64,000 nucleotides of DNA from Squalus acanthias (lineage: Eukaryota). Positions 25,687 to 38,184 of the stretch are shown piece after piece. The DNA is taken from assembly GCA_030390025.1 (NCBI GenBank), contig CM059441.1, positions 20,770,001 through 20,834,000 on the forward strand. The letters are read 5' to 3'. A model generated the notes under the pieces. It had not been told where the DNA came from, did no database searches, and saw only the letters and a list, made by a program, of their open reading frames with translations. Numbering within the stretch: position 1 is the first letter of the stretch; each line of letters opens with the position of its first letter. A program made the position numbers and the translations under genes.

Positions 25687-26100
25687 TCATTCACAGGATG
25701 TGGACGTCGACAGCAAGGCCAGCATTTATTGCCCATCCCTAATTGCCCTCGAGAAGGTGGTGGTGAGCCACCTTCTTGAATACAACTGAGTAGCTTGCTC
25801 GGCCATTTCAGAGGGTAGTTAAGAGTCAACCACATTGCTGTGGGTCTGGAGTCACATATAGGCCAGCAGATTTCCTTCCCTAAAGGACATTAGTGAACCA
25901 GGTGGGTTTTTATGACAATCTGGTAGTTTCATGGTCATCATTACTGACACTAGCTTTTTATTCCAAATTTTATTTAATTAACTGAATTTAAATTTCCCCA
26001 GCTGCCAGTAGGTGGGATTTGAACTCACATCTCACAGATCATTAGTCCAGGCCTTCTGGATTACTAGTCCAGTAACATAACCACTATGCTACCATTCCCA
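25687..26100 (-). mobile_element. tRNA-derived SINE, same family as 2475-2898
   Basis: Colinear high similarity to 2475-2898. Confidence 0.85.
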
Positions 26101-27792
26101 TGAACTGCACCCACCAAAAAGCTGAAGTAAGAAACATTCATTTGAAGACGAGTATATTCAATTTATTTTCCACACTCTAGGTTTCGGGCACTGCTAGGAC
26201 TGCATTCAGTGCTCCTCTGTCATTGAACTCGCCAGCTGAAGTTAACTTGAATGGACGCTAATTCACGGGCTGTGAGGGCGCAATTTTGCAATGTTCACTC
26301 CTGGTTTGCCCCAAGCGCAGCGCAGGCTGAACTTTTACCTTTCAGTTCTCCGGCCCATAAATGTGGGTTTAACTAACCTTGTTAATAGTTTCAAACTGTA
26401 CAGCAAGAGACCTATTTGCAGCATTTACCTTGCATTGGGTCGTCGCAACCCTGAAAGAGAATTAGTGACTTTGAAAGCACACAGCACGGCTGTTGCACAA
26501 TATCTGTCAGTCAGTCTATGCCGTACGTATGGTGACTAAAGGCACGATGAGGATAGTCTTGCTGTTCGACTGACTGGACATTCTGCAGTGTATCGACGGT
26601 GCTGGTGAGTTATGAGGCAGTCATATAAAGTTACAGATCCTATTGCCCTGGAAACAAAAAACAATGGATGATTCATATATCGCAATATAGAATGCAGGCT
26701 TTATGTTCAGAGTCAACTTGTGCTTAGCAATCATTACTTTATACACAGCCAATTAATGGAAGATTGTATTCAGGACACGTGTGAAGAAAATGGATTATTT
26801 TTACATGTAGCACAAACTGTAACTTTAAGCTGTTTCTTTTTTCTGGGCTCATCAAGGTGAGGGACCACAATGCTGGGGAATAAGAACCCTTTCCTCCTTC
26901 TCTCGGCATCATGTTAGGTAATCTTACCTAGGCTGTGCTCTTCTGACACTGGGTTAAGGCACATTGTTGGGGCAGGTTAGAGAAGACCTTACTTTTCATA
27001 GCTCGACACTGACAGTGAGAGAGCAACGTGGAAATATTGGTGCCGGCACTCGCGACCCTGTCTTCCACTTTTTCTTCTATATTTGTTTCACAAGTTTTCT
27101 CAAATCATGAAAGCTTTCTTTAATAGAACTACATGGGTCGATTTTAACTAGCCAAAATCGGTGTTAATGGGCGGTAATGATGGAGTCAGTAGATTAACCG
27201 CCTCATTAACGCACTGCCACTTTCAAAGGGGCCTAATGTCGGGTGGTTGAAGCGCCTGCCTGTATCAGACAGTGGGCCTCTTTAAATATACAAATCGGGG
27301 TGCTATGAAGTACATAGGACCCCGATTCCCATTTTAGGATTGAACTGGTCGGAGCCTGCGCCCTGCTCTCTCTGACCAGTTTCACTGAGGTTAGAGCTGA
27401 AGATGCCCTGAGAAGGTAGTTTTGAATGATTTTTGTTGGGCCAGGAAGAGTAGGAGTGCATGGGGACAGGGCAGGAAAATGGAGTTGAGGTCGGAGATCA
27501 GCCATGATCTTATTGAATGGCGGAGCAGGCTCGAGGGGCCGTATATGGCCTACTCCTGCTCCTATTTCTTATGTTCTTATGTTCTCTGGGCCCCACATAA
27601 ATAATAACCTGGGCCGCTGCCCCTCCACGTTCGTGATCTCCCCCGACGGACTTTGATGCTGGCCAAACTATTATAATTTCTGCTTCCACCGTTTCTGATA
27701 AGGCATCTCAAGTCCCAACAATCCTCTACGTAAAAACAGTTTCCTAACCTCTCCTTTTTTTGCAAATATAAGAAGATACTTTCCAATACATA

Positions 27793-28533
27793 TGGGGTCA
27801 TTTTAACCCAAAACTCACCCGTAAGGCGTCCTGAAGTGCTGGTTTCCTGCATGCACTGCGCATGCGCGGGAAACCGGAACTTCCGGTCTGGTGAAGGGGG
27901 CGGTTCATAGGTGAACCGCGTGCGCGGTAGAGGCTGCGCGCACGCAGCAAACTTAGGTTTTTTTTCAGGTTTCTCCGGGAGGGTAAGTATTGAAGAACCT
28001 ACGCTTTTAAAAAGGAGGCGCAGGACCCGTTTTCAACAAGGTAAGTGGTTAATTAATTACAATTTAAAAAATTTTCAACAGGTTTATCTTTTTTAGATAC
28101 TTTAAAGAAAGGTAAGTTTATTTTTAGCACTGTTAAAAAGTATTTTAATTTTTTCAAAAATTTAAATTTTTGTTTAAAGTAGTTAATTTATTTAACTATA
28201 GTTATTTTATAAATGTGATGGTTTTTAAAAGAATTTATTTGAAGTTTAGCTGTTCTTTTGGGGCCGATTTCAATTCATAGATTTGACAGGTCTTCCTGTC
28301 AAATCTATGAATGAAAGATGGTCTGCTGCCATTGGCTCTCCATGGCCCACGTGATCCCAGGGGATGCATCGCACTAACTGCGCCCCTGGGACACGCAAGC
28401 ACTGCGCGCCGGCACTTGGAGCAGGCTCAGGAGCTGAAGTTCCCGTGGGCCCAGAGGTCAACGGCAGGCGCGGTAGGTAAGTGCGCGCGCGATACTTACC
28501 CCCGCGGCAAGCCGGAGAGGCGAATTTCTGGGC
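27793..28533. mobile_element. Probable Harbinger-type MITE
   Basis: GGGGTCATTTT start, GC-rich palindromic arms around an AT-rich core, GAATTTCTGGGCC end. Confidence 0.55.
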
Positions 28534-28536
28534 CGA

Positions 28537-29471
28537 TGTATATTAATGAGCTGGACTTGGGTATACGGGGCACTATTTCACAGTTTTCAGTGACACAAAA
28601 CTCAGAAATGTAGTAAACAGTGAGGAGGATACTAACAGACATAGACAGACTGGTGAAATGGGCAGACATGTGGTAGATGACATATATTGCAGAGATGTGT
28701 TTAGTGATTCATTTTGATAGGAAGAATGAGGAAGGGCAATATAAACTAAATGGTACAATTTTATAGCGGGTGCAGGAACAGAGAGACCTGGGGGTATAAG
28801 TACACAAGTCTTTGAAGGTGGCAGGAGAAGTTGAGAAGGCTGCCAAAAAGGCATACGGGATCCTTGGCTTTATAAATAAATGCACATTGGACAAAAGCAA
28901 GGAAATTATACCAAACCTTTATAAAACACTGGCTGGGCCCCAGAGCTGGAGTATTGTGGCCAATTCTGGGCACCACACTTTAGGAAGGATGTCAAGGCCT
29001 TAGAGAGGGTGCAGAGGAGATTTACTAGAATGTCACCAAGGATGAAAGACTTCAGTTACATGGAGAGACTGGAGAAATTTGGATTGTTCCACTTAGATCA
29101 GATTGGATAGAGGTGTTCAAAATCTTGCAGGGTTTTGATAGAGTAAATAAGGAGAAACTGTTTCCAGTGGCAGAAGGGTCGGTAAGCAGAGGTCACAGAT
29201 TTAAGGTGATTGGCAAAAGAACCAGAGGCGACACGAGCAAAAGATTTTTACGCAGCGAGTTGTTATGATCTGGAATGCGCTGCCTGAAAGGGTGGAAGCA
29301 GATTCAATAATAACTTTTAAAGGGAATTGGCTAAATACTTGAAAAGGAAAAATTTGCTGGGCTATGGAGAAAGCACAGGGAGTGGAACTAATTGGACAGC
29401 TCGGTCAAAGAGCCGGCACAGGTACGATGGGCCGAATGGCCTTCTTTGCTGTATCATTCTATGATTCTATG
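28537..29471 (+). mobile_element. CR1 LINE 3' fragment, decayed
   Basis: RT C-terminal sequence with frameshifts; ATTCTATG tail. Confidence 0.9.
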
Positions 29472-29544
29472 GTAAAATGAGTGAGCACTTCCCAATTTGG
29501 GGCGTTTTAAATGTATGTTCTGTAATAATCATTCTACTTTGATA

Positions 29545-31505
29545 AGAGCTAGAAATTCATTATAGCCCAGGAATGGACGGTATCTTTAGAAAAGTTTGAG
29601 AACTAGCGCCAGGCGCTAATGCTTTAGACTGCACGCAAAATTCATTCTCACTGCTCAAAGAAATGATTGGGGTGCTAAATCAAGCCTTAAAGGCGTAGCT
29701 CAGTGGCGTTACACTGAAAGGGTGGACCAATATCGGGTGCAGTCTAATCACAACTCATCATTGCCATAGGCTTTTCCCAGTACTTAAAGGGGAGGTTCAT
29801 TGATACTGCAGCACCTCATTCTCAGCATTGCTGGCTGTGCAGCTGCCTCAGCAAGGAGAAGCACAACAAGGAGAAGGAGCCAGAGGACTGAAGCAGGTGT
29901 GCTCATGACAAATCCACCTCAGTCGGGTGGTCAGGGTGATTGAATGCTTCAACAAATGCTACATACCACCATCTGAACCACAAGCTTCACACACTGCCCA
30001 AAGCACCAGACCCCCAGCGCTCACCCACCAACAATCTCTACCTACCAACACTCACACCCACATCTCACGCCTTGCACACAATGACAGCTATTCAACTATG
30101 GCAGGTACAAGGGTCATTAGTTATTAGAATGAATGTGATGTGTGTTATGTTTATGCATAAATTTATTAATGGAGTTTGTAATATTTTGTGGTCTCTCTCA
30201 TTTCACCTTTGTGCCAGGAGGACGCTGTGATATGGCATGACACAGGGATGGTATGATGGGCATGTGGTGAGCAAAAGGGATCTGGGGTTTAAGTCATCCT
30301 GGTGTGAAGCTGGAGGTCTGTTTGGAGGAGGTGGCAGAGTTCTGTGACCACCTCCTTGGCGATGCGGAGCCGCCTAATACACTGCTCCTCACTTAATTGA
30401 AGGTAGGAGAAGTGCTGTCAGAATACCCTCAGAGGGTAAGGCCTCTTGGTGAGAGCCCTGATGTCCCTCCTCATCCCTCTGCACACATGTTCCCGTATTT
30501 CTCGCTGCCTATGCTTCCTCCACTGTAGATCCTGGAGGGCGAGGTGGCATGCCAGTACAGCTCCCATTAGTGTTGCCAAGTGTAGCAGTTTGAATCTTTG
30601 AGTAATAAATGTAGCTACTTTGCACTTGCCAGAAGACTGCTGATACAAAAGCTTGAAATTACTCATACAAACTGTTCCACTGGGTGAAACTGACAAGAAA
30701 GCACTGAAACTAACCTGCCCTGACAGCTGCGAGTGATTAACATAGACATAGAATCTAGGAGCAGGAGTAGGCCATTCGGCCCGTCGAGCCTGCTCCACCA
30801 TTCAATACGATCATGGCTGATCATCCAAATCCAGAACCCTGTCCCTGCTTTAATCCCCACAGTACACATATCCCACCCTACCCCCGTAACCCCACGTATT
30901 TAATTCCCCCTAACATATCCCATCCTATCCCCATAACCCCACATATTTAATCCCCCCCTAACACTAAGGGTCAATTTATCATAGCCAAATCAACCTAACC
31001 CGCACATTTTTTGACTGTGGGAGGAAACCGGAGCACCCGGAGGAAACCCACGCAGACACGGGGAGAATGTGCAAACTCCACACAGACAGTCACCCGAGGT
31101 CAGATTCGAACCCGGGTCCCTGGCGCTGTGAGGCACCAGTGCTAACCACTATGCCACCGTGTTAATGTTGATGCCTTTAAATAACATCGCTGAAGCCGGC
31201 TTCCTGCAGCTGCACGCCAGCTCTCCCTGTCACTGTCTGGTCGAGGAGCTAAGGTAAGTGGCGACAATCAATTTTCCAGATCGGGCGGCCAGTGAACATT
31301 GAACTCTCACTGATGTCACGATCTGCCTGGTGTTGAAGTCCCCGGCAGTACCTCGTACCGACGGCACAACGGGAGGGCGGGGGGGGGGGCGCGGATTTGC
31401 CGTGCGGCGCTGGATTCGCCTCACCCCAGCGCTACTGCATCAGTGCCCCATTACCACCATCTGCAGGCGCTAACGGGAGGCACTAAGCTACTGAAATTCC
31501 CCCCC
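29545..31505. mobile_element. Internally deleted non-autonomous Harbinger (hosts the V-SINE)
   Basis: TIR-like ends and subterminal blocks shared with 50742-55013; retains Myb intron 1 sequence (~29930-30110) and transposase N-terminus (MGAVL...RPYPLRVF, ~30310-30570, minus). Confidence 0.75.
30740..31162 (-). mobile_element. V-SINE (HE1-like) with CR1-derived tail
   Basis: Head GGTGGCATAGTGGTTAGCAC..GGGTTCGAATC; V-domain TGTGGAGTTTGCACATTCTCCCCGTGTCTGCGTGGGTTTCCTCCGGGTGCTCCGGTTTCCTCCCAC; tail matches local CR1 3' ends. Confidence 0.88.
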
Positions 31506-31847
31506 ACAATGTTAATGAACTTAATATACTCAATATAAAACGCACCAACATAACTTAATTATACGGCACCACATTTAGAAAACTCACTTACTAAATGCTC
31601 ACTGCATATACATTTAAGTTTGAAAGCTGCTTGATTGGTCAACAAGAAAATCTTCCCTAAATATGATCTCAGTAAAAGATAAAATGGGCACATGTTTACT
31701 TCAGAAATAGGTTGTGCTTATGGTTCTTTTATCCTTTTAGAAATATTTATAATGAGCAGATTTAAAAGAATTCTTTCAAAGTTTTCGTAGTTAAGCTTAA
31801 GTGCACAGAAAGGATTAAAAAAAAACAACTTACCAGTTTTTCTTCAC

Positions 31848-31947
31848 CTATATTTTCACTTGGACTAAAATGGCCCAAACCAACAGAATGGCAAAGAATA
31901 CCCAGCGAAAAATGCTCCATATAAAATAGTACAGCGAATTATTTTTC
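31848..31947 (-). CDS. CD300/pIgR-like receptor gene B, exon 4 (transmembrane, KNNSLYYFIWSIFRWVFFAILLVWAILVQVKI*)
   Basis: Pyrimidine-rich acceptor ...TCTACCTAG| at 31948; phase 2 joins the stalk in frame; hydrophobic helix with Arg; TAG at 31850-31848; donor CTG|GTAAGT at 31833. Total CDS 40+333+55+100=528 nt (175 aa). Confidence 0.85.
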
Positions 31948-32053
31948 CTAGGTAGATAGAAGACAAAATGGTTTAATCTGAACAGTTATCTAAAGCCACA
32001 GAATTACCTTGGACATATGAATCATTTGGTCACACTTGTGGTGGAAAGATAGG

Positions 32054-32760
32054 GGGGGAGAAATTCATTATAGCCCCATTTGGGGCGTTAACTTTTAAAA
32101 GTTGAAAATATTAGTGCCAGGCACTGACGTTTTTCAACTTTTAAAAAATTTGTTTTTTCGCTCCAGGAAGGAAGTGGAGCGCTAAATCAAGCTGAACAGG
32201 CAGCGGGCGGGGCGGTAGGTGAGCAGCGCTGCTGCGTTGGAAGGCTCCTTCCCTCCCTTAAAGGGAAGGGCCATCGCTGCAGGCTCTGCAAGAGGAAAAC
32301 TTACCTGGTCCCTGACGGCAACTGCGATCCGGCCCGATCAGCCTGATGCACTGCAGCAGAGTGCCGGGCTGATCGATGGCTGGTGAAGAAAAATGAAAAA
32401 AAAAACTGCAAGACCATTTGAGAATTTTTTCCACTTACCTCGGCCACCTCGCCTTTAAGTATCGCCCCCGAAGCGCCCGGCCTCCCGATGAACGCCTCCT
32501 GCAGCTGTCGGTGTCATCGCCCGGCGATGTTGCAGGGGGCGCAACCGAAGTTCGGGTCCGGGGAGCTACGCACGGCGATGATGTCACGATCTTCTGGCGA
32601 AGGAGATCGGGGCGCAACGCCATACCGCTGCCCCAAACCTCCCGCCGAATATAGCGGGAGTCGATCTCCTCGCCGTGGTCGGTCGGTAAGTGCTTAGCGC
32701 CATGTTATCGCCTCTGGAGGTGATAACTGGAGGCGCTAAGGTGCCCAATTTCTAGCCCCC
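32054..32760. mobile_element. Harbinger-derived MITE (~0.7 kb)
   Basis: GGGGGAGAAATT / AATTTCTAGCCCCC ends; GCCCCATTTGGGGCG, GTGGAGCGCTAAATCA, GGAGGCGC shared with the autonomous element. Confidence 0.8.
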
Positions 32761-33578
32761 CCGGAGTGTTTCTGCTTCCGAGCTCCTGGTACACGCTGCA
32801 AGATTACACGCCTCGGCCCGTGACATTCTATCTATTAAAATCAGCGGACAGAAAGTATCGGGTTGGAAGGTGCGCTATCGCCCGGTATTAGCATGTGCCA
32901 AGAGCATTGAAGTGGCAAATCACCAGTTTATTTTTCCCGATAGATATGAGAATATAATGACAGCATAGTATCACGAATCAGCTTCTACTGATTTCCTTGT
33001 GATAAAAATACTTGTTAAAATTAAAAGCAAAAACAGAAAACGTGGGAACAGGTCAGTCAGCAATCACGGAAAAAGCAGCTGAGTTCAGGCGTAGACTCTT
33101 TTTACACAGGATTACACAGGATATACGGCACAGAAACAGGCCGTTCGGCCCAACCAGTCCATGCCAGCGGCGTTTATGCTCCACTCGAGCCTCCTCCCAC
33201 CTTTCCTCATCTAAACTCTCTCAGCGTAACCCTCTGTTCGCTTCTCCCTCATATGCTTGTCTAGCCTCCCCTTAAATGCAACTATACTATTCACTTCAAC
33301 CACTCCCTGTGGTAGTGAGTGCCACATTCTCGCCACTCTCTGGGTAAAGAGAACTGAAACGTTAACTTGTCTGTTTTCTCCACAGATTCTGTTGAGCCTT
33401 TCCACCATTTCCTGTTTTCGCTTTGGAATTGCAACATCTGCGGGGTTTCGCTTTTTGTTGTTGTTAAAATGTATTTTTGTGTTTTGATCTAAACATACAA
33501 CAAGCACTGTGAACGGAAGATGTCAGTGGGCAGTTGTTTGCGAGTTTTAAGTGCAATACTTAATTAAAAAAAAACATT

Positions 33579-33748
33579 GGGGGTAGTTTTAACCTAACTC
33601 AGCGGGCAAGAAACCCACGGGATCGGATGGCACATCGCTTTTACACCCCCGCCCAATATTAAAACCGGAGTGCGGGTGGGTTGTAAAACCAGCATTGCGC
33701 CAAATCCCATCAGTTTCCTGACAAGCCAGTTGGGTTAAAATTGCCCCC
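33579..33748. mobile_element. Small MITE
   Basis: TIR GGGGGTAGTTTTAACCTAACT / AGTTGGGTTAAAATTGCCCCC. Confidence 0.75.
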
Positions 33749-34451
33749 ATAGAAGCAGTTTGCGAGAGATTAAAGTACCTTTTCAGATCATATTTCTTGC
33801 ACAGTTTGATAAACTGCAGGACTCTTGGGCAATGTCTTCCGTAAGCCGCACTGCCTCCTGCGCGGCCTGCCTCCCCCCAATGCGTGGACCATTCTAGTTT
33901 TTGCGTGCGCGCGCCGTATCTACAATGTAAAAGCCGGCGAGCGGCCTGCGCGGGAACTCGCAGATGACTGCGCGGCCACGCAGCTTAGCGGGAACATTGC
34001 TCTTGGGTGTATCAGACTTTCGTAGGCCTCCATCCTGCGGAGTAGTGAACGGATGGTGTGAAATTCCAATCCATGGGGGTTCAGCGCCTGGAATTTCCGC
34101 TGCTGATCTCTCACTGTAACGGCCGTTTGTACCATTTCTCCGGGGCTTTCGCCGATCTCCCGCCAAAGTTATGGCGAGAGATTGGGAGAGGCCCCGTGCA
34201 AATCTACCCCCAGATCTTTAGCTAAAACTAAAGTAATCAGAAATCCATTTTTATGTCATGGTAATTCTTTCGCTGATTTTGGTAGTTAAAGGGTGGCAAA
34301 TTAAAATATAGCATTGGTGCGATTGGTGATCCTCTCCTGGGTCTGTGAGCTGGATTTTAACTTTCGGGAGTCTGAGTGCGTGAGGCGGCTGACTGATAGT
34401 GCTGTCTCTCCCAGCTTTTATTTCTATTCACATCAACAGGAGAGTTGTAAA

Positions 34452-34912
34452 ACAGCAGGAACAGCACCTCATCTTTCGATTAGGCACTTTACAGCCTTCT
34501 GGACTTAACATCAAGTTCAACAATTTCAGACTATAACCTCGTCCCCTATATGTTTTTTTCCTTTTTTCTCTTACATGGTAGCTGTTGATCATTCTGCCAT
34601 CGCCATTTACACCTCATCTAGAGTCATCTTTTGTTCCTTAACTTGTCCCATTACCTCTCTTTTTGCCTTGCACCATCAACCCCTTTGTCAGCCAATCTCT
34701 CCTGCCTTCCAGCCTATCACAGTCCTTCCCTTTTGTTCTTTCCTCCCCTCCTCCCTGTCCCTGCCCCTACACTTGCTTAAAAATCTGTTACTTCTCTAAC
34801 CTTTTCCAGTTCTGATGAAGGGTCATCGACCTGAAACGTTAACTCTGTTTCTCTCTCTCTCCTCGATGCTGCCTGACCTGCTGAGTGTTTCCAGCATTTT
34901 CTGTTGTTATTT
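34452..34912 (+). mobile_element. Penelope-like element 3' fragment with pseudo-LTR
   Basis: GGAACAGCACCTCATCTTTCGATT.GGCACTTTACAGCC as in the other two copies; hammerhead at 34808-34844. Confidence 0.85.
34808..34844 (+). ncRNA. Minimal type I hammerhead ribozyme (Penelope pLTR)
   Basis: AGUU-CUGAUGA-A-GGGUC(AUC)GACCU-GAAA-CGU-U-AACU. Confidence 0.8.
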
Positions 34913-35176
34913 GAGGTGTAAAACGGGCTGCCCATTCACTGTCACGAATTTTACTTTATCCCATAAAGTTAAAAATACCCCCTTTGATTCTGATGCGAGT
35001 GTAAAAATCTGCATCTTGTTCCAGAGCACTGACATCCCACGCTGGGCAAATCTTCACCTCCCCTGAGAAGCGAGGATGATCTCTCGTATGGCAGTGGGAC
35101 GTTACTCATTATTACAGTTGTGCAAATTCAGAACAAATGCTCAGAATGAACCAGTGTAAACAAGTTTGACATTTAC

Positions 35177-35231
35177 CTTTGGATTTTCATGTCTGACGGA
35201 TAATCTGAGGATGAAGGAAGTAACTTGGGAG
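35177..35231 (-). CDS. CD300/pIgR-like receptor gene B, exon 3 (stalk APKLLPSSSDYPSDMKIQR)
   Basis: TTTTTAACAG| acceptor, AAG|GTAAAT donor; 55 nt, phase 1-2; 18 nt longer than the gene A exon. Confidence 0.82.
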
Positions 35232-35486
35232 CTGTTAAAAAATAGTGTAAAGAATTGTGATTAGATTATTCAGTCTGAGCCATCGGTGATAAATTTGTAC
35301 TAATTAGTGATAAAAAAAATGGAAGATTTCATGGGATAGAATTAGTACCAAAATTAAACACTTTGTCGTTTTTCACTATTCTGCTAGTTTACTTTTAACA
35401 GAGTTATAACTTTCCGCTGAAAACGTTGGAAATTTTGCAAAATATATAATAAATCTTGCAGCAAACTATATAAAATCAAAAATGTA

Positions 35487-35695
35487 TGACATGAATCTTG
35501 TATGAAGTAATACTGGGCGGCCTGCTGGTGGCGCTGTCCAGGGAGAGTATAAATACTCGGGCATGAGCCCAGCTTGCTTAGGACATTCCTCGACAGGAAC
35601 TAGTGAAGGACACAACTAGATCTCCATGTTGAAAACCAGTTGATTAAAGCTTTGTTTAACACTTAGACCAAGTGCCTAGTAGTTTTCTTACGTCA
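35487..35695 (+). mobile_element. Solo LTR, 209 bp, in intron 2 of gene B
   Basis: TGAC...GTCA termini, 5-bp TSD ATGTA, TATAAA near 35548 and ATTAAA near 35643; absent from the homologous intron of gene A. Confidence 0.85.
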
Positions 35696-35745
35696 ATGTA
35701 CAGTTGAAAAATGTACACAATTATAAATGTATATTCAGGTCCTAC

Positions 35746-36078
35746 CTTCACTGACTGTAAGGTTTACAGGACTTAACAGGTCCAGAAATTTTTTTTGAAT
35801 TCCACACCAGTACAAGCCTTGGTCATTCACCGTTAATCGTTCCATCGTGACTGAAAATTCCCCCGCTTCATTATCAGCTGCAATGGTGATTCTGCCGTCA
35901 GAGTTTGCCTTCCAAGGGCCCCGGGTTTGTACTAGAATAGTACAGGCTGTCCAGTTGTAGCCTTTACACCAGTACTTTTGATAATTGCTGTATACTGTGT
36001 CATAGGTACAGGTGATATGGACCGATTGTCCCACTGCTCCATTCACGACATCTGGTCCACTGAGTGCAGCGCATGTAA
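35746..36078 (-). CDS. CD300/pIgR-like receptor gene B, exon 2 (V-type Ig domain)
   Basis: Acceptor GAACAG| at 36079, donor GAAG|GTAGGA at 35745; 333 nt open; ITC..KYWCKG..C..GRI..DQGLYWCG; about 58% identical to gene A V domain by hand alignment. Confidence 0.93.
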
Positions 36079-36437
36079 CTGTTCAGTGTGAAATTATAAC
36101 ACACGTTTTAAAGTACAATAAAAGTAAATAAATGTAACAGTTTAATAGCATATTTTGAATGCTTAAATTTTAAATATGTGTATTGAAACTCATGAACTTA
36201 ACCTCCCAATTTGATCATTCTAACGGTGTGTTTGAGGGTCTTCTGTGCTTACGGTGTTTTGCAAAGGAGTACAGACAGTATTCTTTATTGAAACCCTGCT
36301 GTCCTTGCAGAAATATGGACTCCAAGGGTTAATTTACCAGGAGAGATGACACAAACTAGGGTTGTATTCCCTGGCATCTAGAAGGTTAAGGGGTGATTTG
36401 ATCGAAGTTTTCAAGATATTAAGGGGAACTGATAGGG

Positions 36438-37225
36438 TTTTTCTTTATTCGTTCATGGGATGCGGATATCGCTGGCAAGGTCAGCATTTTTTGCCCATCC
36501 CTAATTGTCCTTGAGAAGGTGGTGGTGAGCCGCCTTCTTGAACCACTGCAGTTCATGTGGTGAAGATACTCCCATAGCGCTGTTAGGGAAGGAGTTCCAG
36601 GATTTTGACCCAGCGATGGTGAAGGAACGGCGATATATTTCCAAGTCAGGATGGTGTGTGACTTGGAGGGGAACTTGCAGGTGGTGGCGTTCCCATGCGC
36701 CTGCTGCCCTTGTCATTCTAGGTGGTAAAAGTTGCGGCTTTGGGAGGTGCTGCCGAAGAAGCCTTGGCGAGTTGCTGCAGGGCATCTTGTTATGGTACAC
36801 ACTGCAGCCACGGTACGCCGGTGGTGGAGGGAGTGAATGTTTAAGGTGGTGGATGGGGTGCCAATCAAGCGGGCTGCTTTGTCCTGGATGGTGTCGAGCT
36901 TCTTGAGTGTTGTTGGAGCTGCATTAATTCAGGCAAGTGGAGAATATTCCATCACACTCCTGACTTGTGCCTTGTTGATGGTGGAAAGGCTTTGGGGAGT
37001 CAGGAGGTGAGACACTCGCCACAGAATACCTAGCATCTGATCTGCTCTTGTAGCCATAGTATTTAAGTGGCTGGTCCAGTTAAGTTTCTGGTCAATGGTG
37101 ACCCCCAGGATATTGATGGTGGGGGATTCGGCGATGGTAATGCCATTGAATGTCAAGGGGAGGTGGTTAGACTCTCGCTTGTTGGAGATAGTCATTGCCT
37201 GGCACTTGTGTGATGCAAATGTTAC
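36438..37225 (-). mobile_element. Zenon/L2-like (CR1-group) LINE 3' fragment
   Basis: ILGVTIDQKLNWTSH, KAQVRSVMEYSPLA, KSWNS.P; 3' tail shared with the SINE at 2475. Confidence 0.8.
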
Positions 37226-37344
37226 TTACGACATTTGCACCACACAAGATATATATAAAGAAACTTTTTCCGCTGAATGGGCAGTCTAGGACTAAGGGAC
37301 ATAACCTAAAAATTAGATCCAGGCCTTTCAGGAGTGAAGTTAGA

Positions 37345-37780
37345 TTATGAGGAGAGATTGCATAAACTAGGCTTGTATTCCCTGGAATATAGAAGCTTAA
37401 GCAGTGATTTGATTGAGGTTTTTTAGAAATTTGAAAGGAATTGATTGGGTAGATCGAGAGAAACCTTCTCCGCTGGTGGGGGAGTCTAGGACAAGGGGAC
37501 GTAACGTTAAAATCAGAGCCAGACCATTCAGGAGAGAAGTTAGGAAACACTTCTTCACACAAAGGGTGGTAGAAGTGTGGAACTCTCTCCCACAAATGTC
37601 TCTCCCAGTAGATGCTAGCTAATTAATACTTTTAAATTTGAGATCGATAGACTTTTACTAGCAAAGGGTATTAAGGGATATGGAGCCAAGGCAGGTGGAT
37701 AGAGTTAGCATCCAATAACAGCTATTGAATGACAGAACAGGTTCGAGGGGCTGAATGGCCTACTCCTGTTCCTATGTTCC
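37345..37780 (+). mobile_element. CR1 3' end (preceded by a second partial copy at ~36340-36437 and ~37255-37343)
   Basis: SRTRG, HFFTQRVVEVWNSLP, 3'UTR hairpin. Confidence 0.85.
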
Positions 37781-38184
37781 CTCTCAAAAGCCAAGTGGGA
37801 ACAATAAAGATCTTGCAAATGTTTTGGGAGGGTCCTATCACCAAACAATTCTACCCAGATATCTTCATCTGTATTTAAACTTTCTAACGATGGTCACCAC
37901 AACAGATGGTGCAGTGATTGTAGCATATCTCAATGTTGTTGTGAGGGTTTTGCGTTGATGGCAGCAGCCACAGGTTGAATGGTGACACTTGATCCTCCCA
38001 CAGGCATTCAGTTAAACATCCTCAAATATTGCCGGTAGACAGGAATGAATTGGGCATCGATCGCGGGATAATTTGCAGTGAGCACATCTATGCATCACAG
38101 GCAGCCCTGCATATCAAGGGCTGAGACATCGAATGCAGATTTCTTGTGTTTCAATGAGTATACAGTCGATAACTGCTGAACTTG

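Noticed and set aside
33354-33368. Fifth hammerhead (CTGAAACGTTAACT)
   Set aside because: Only the 3' half remains; the CUGANGA half is replaced by a CR1 fragment.
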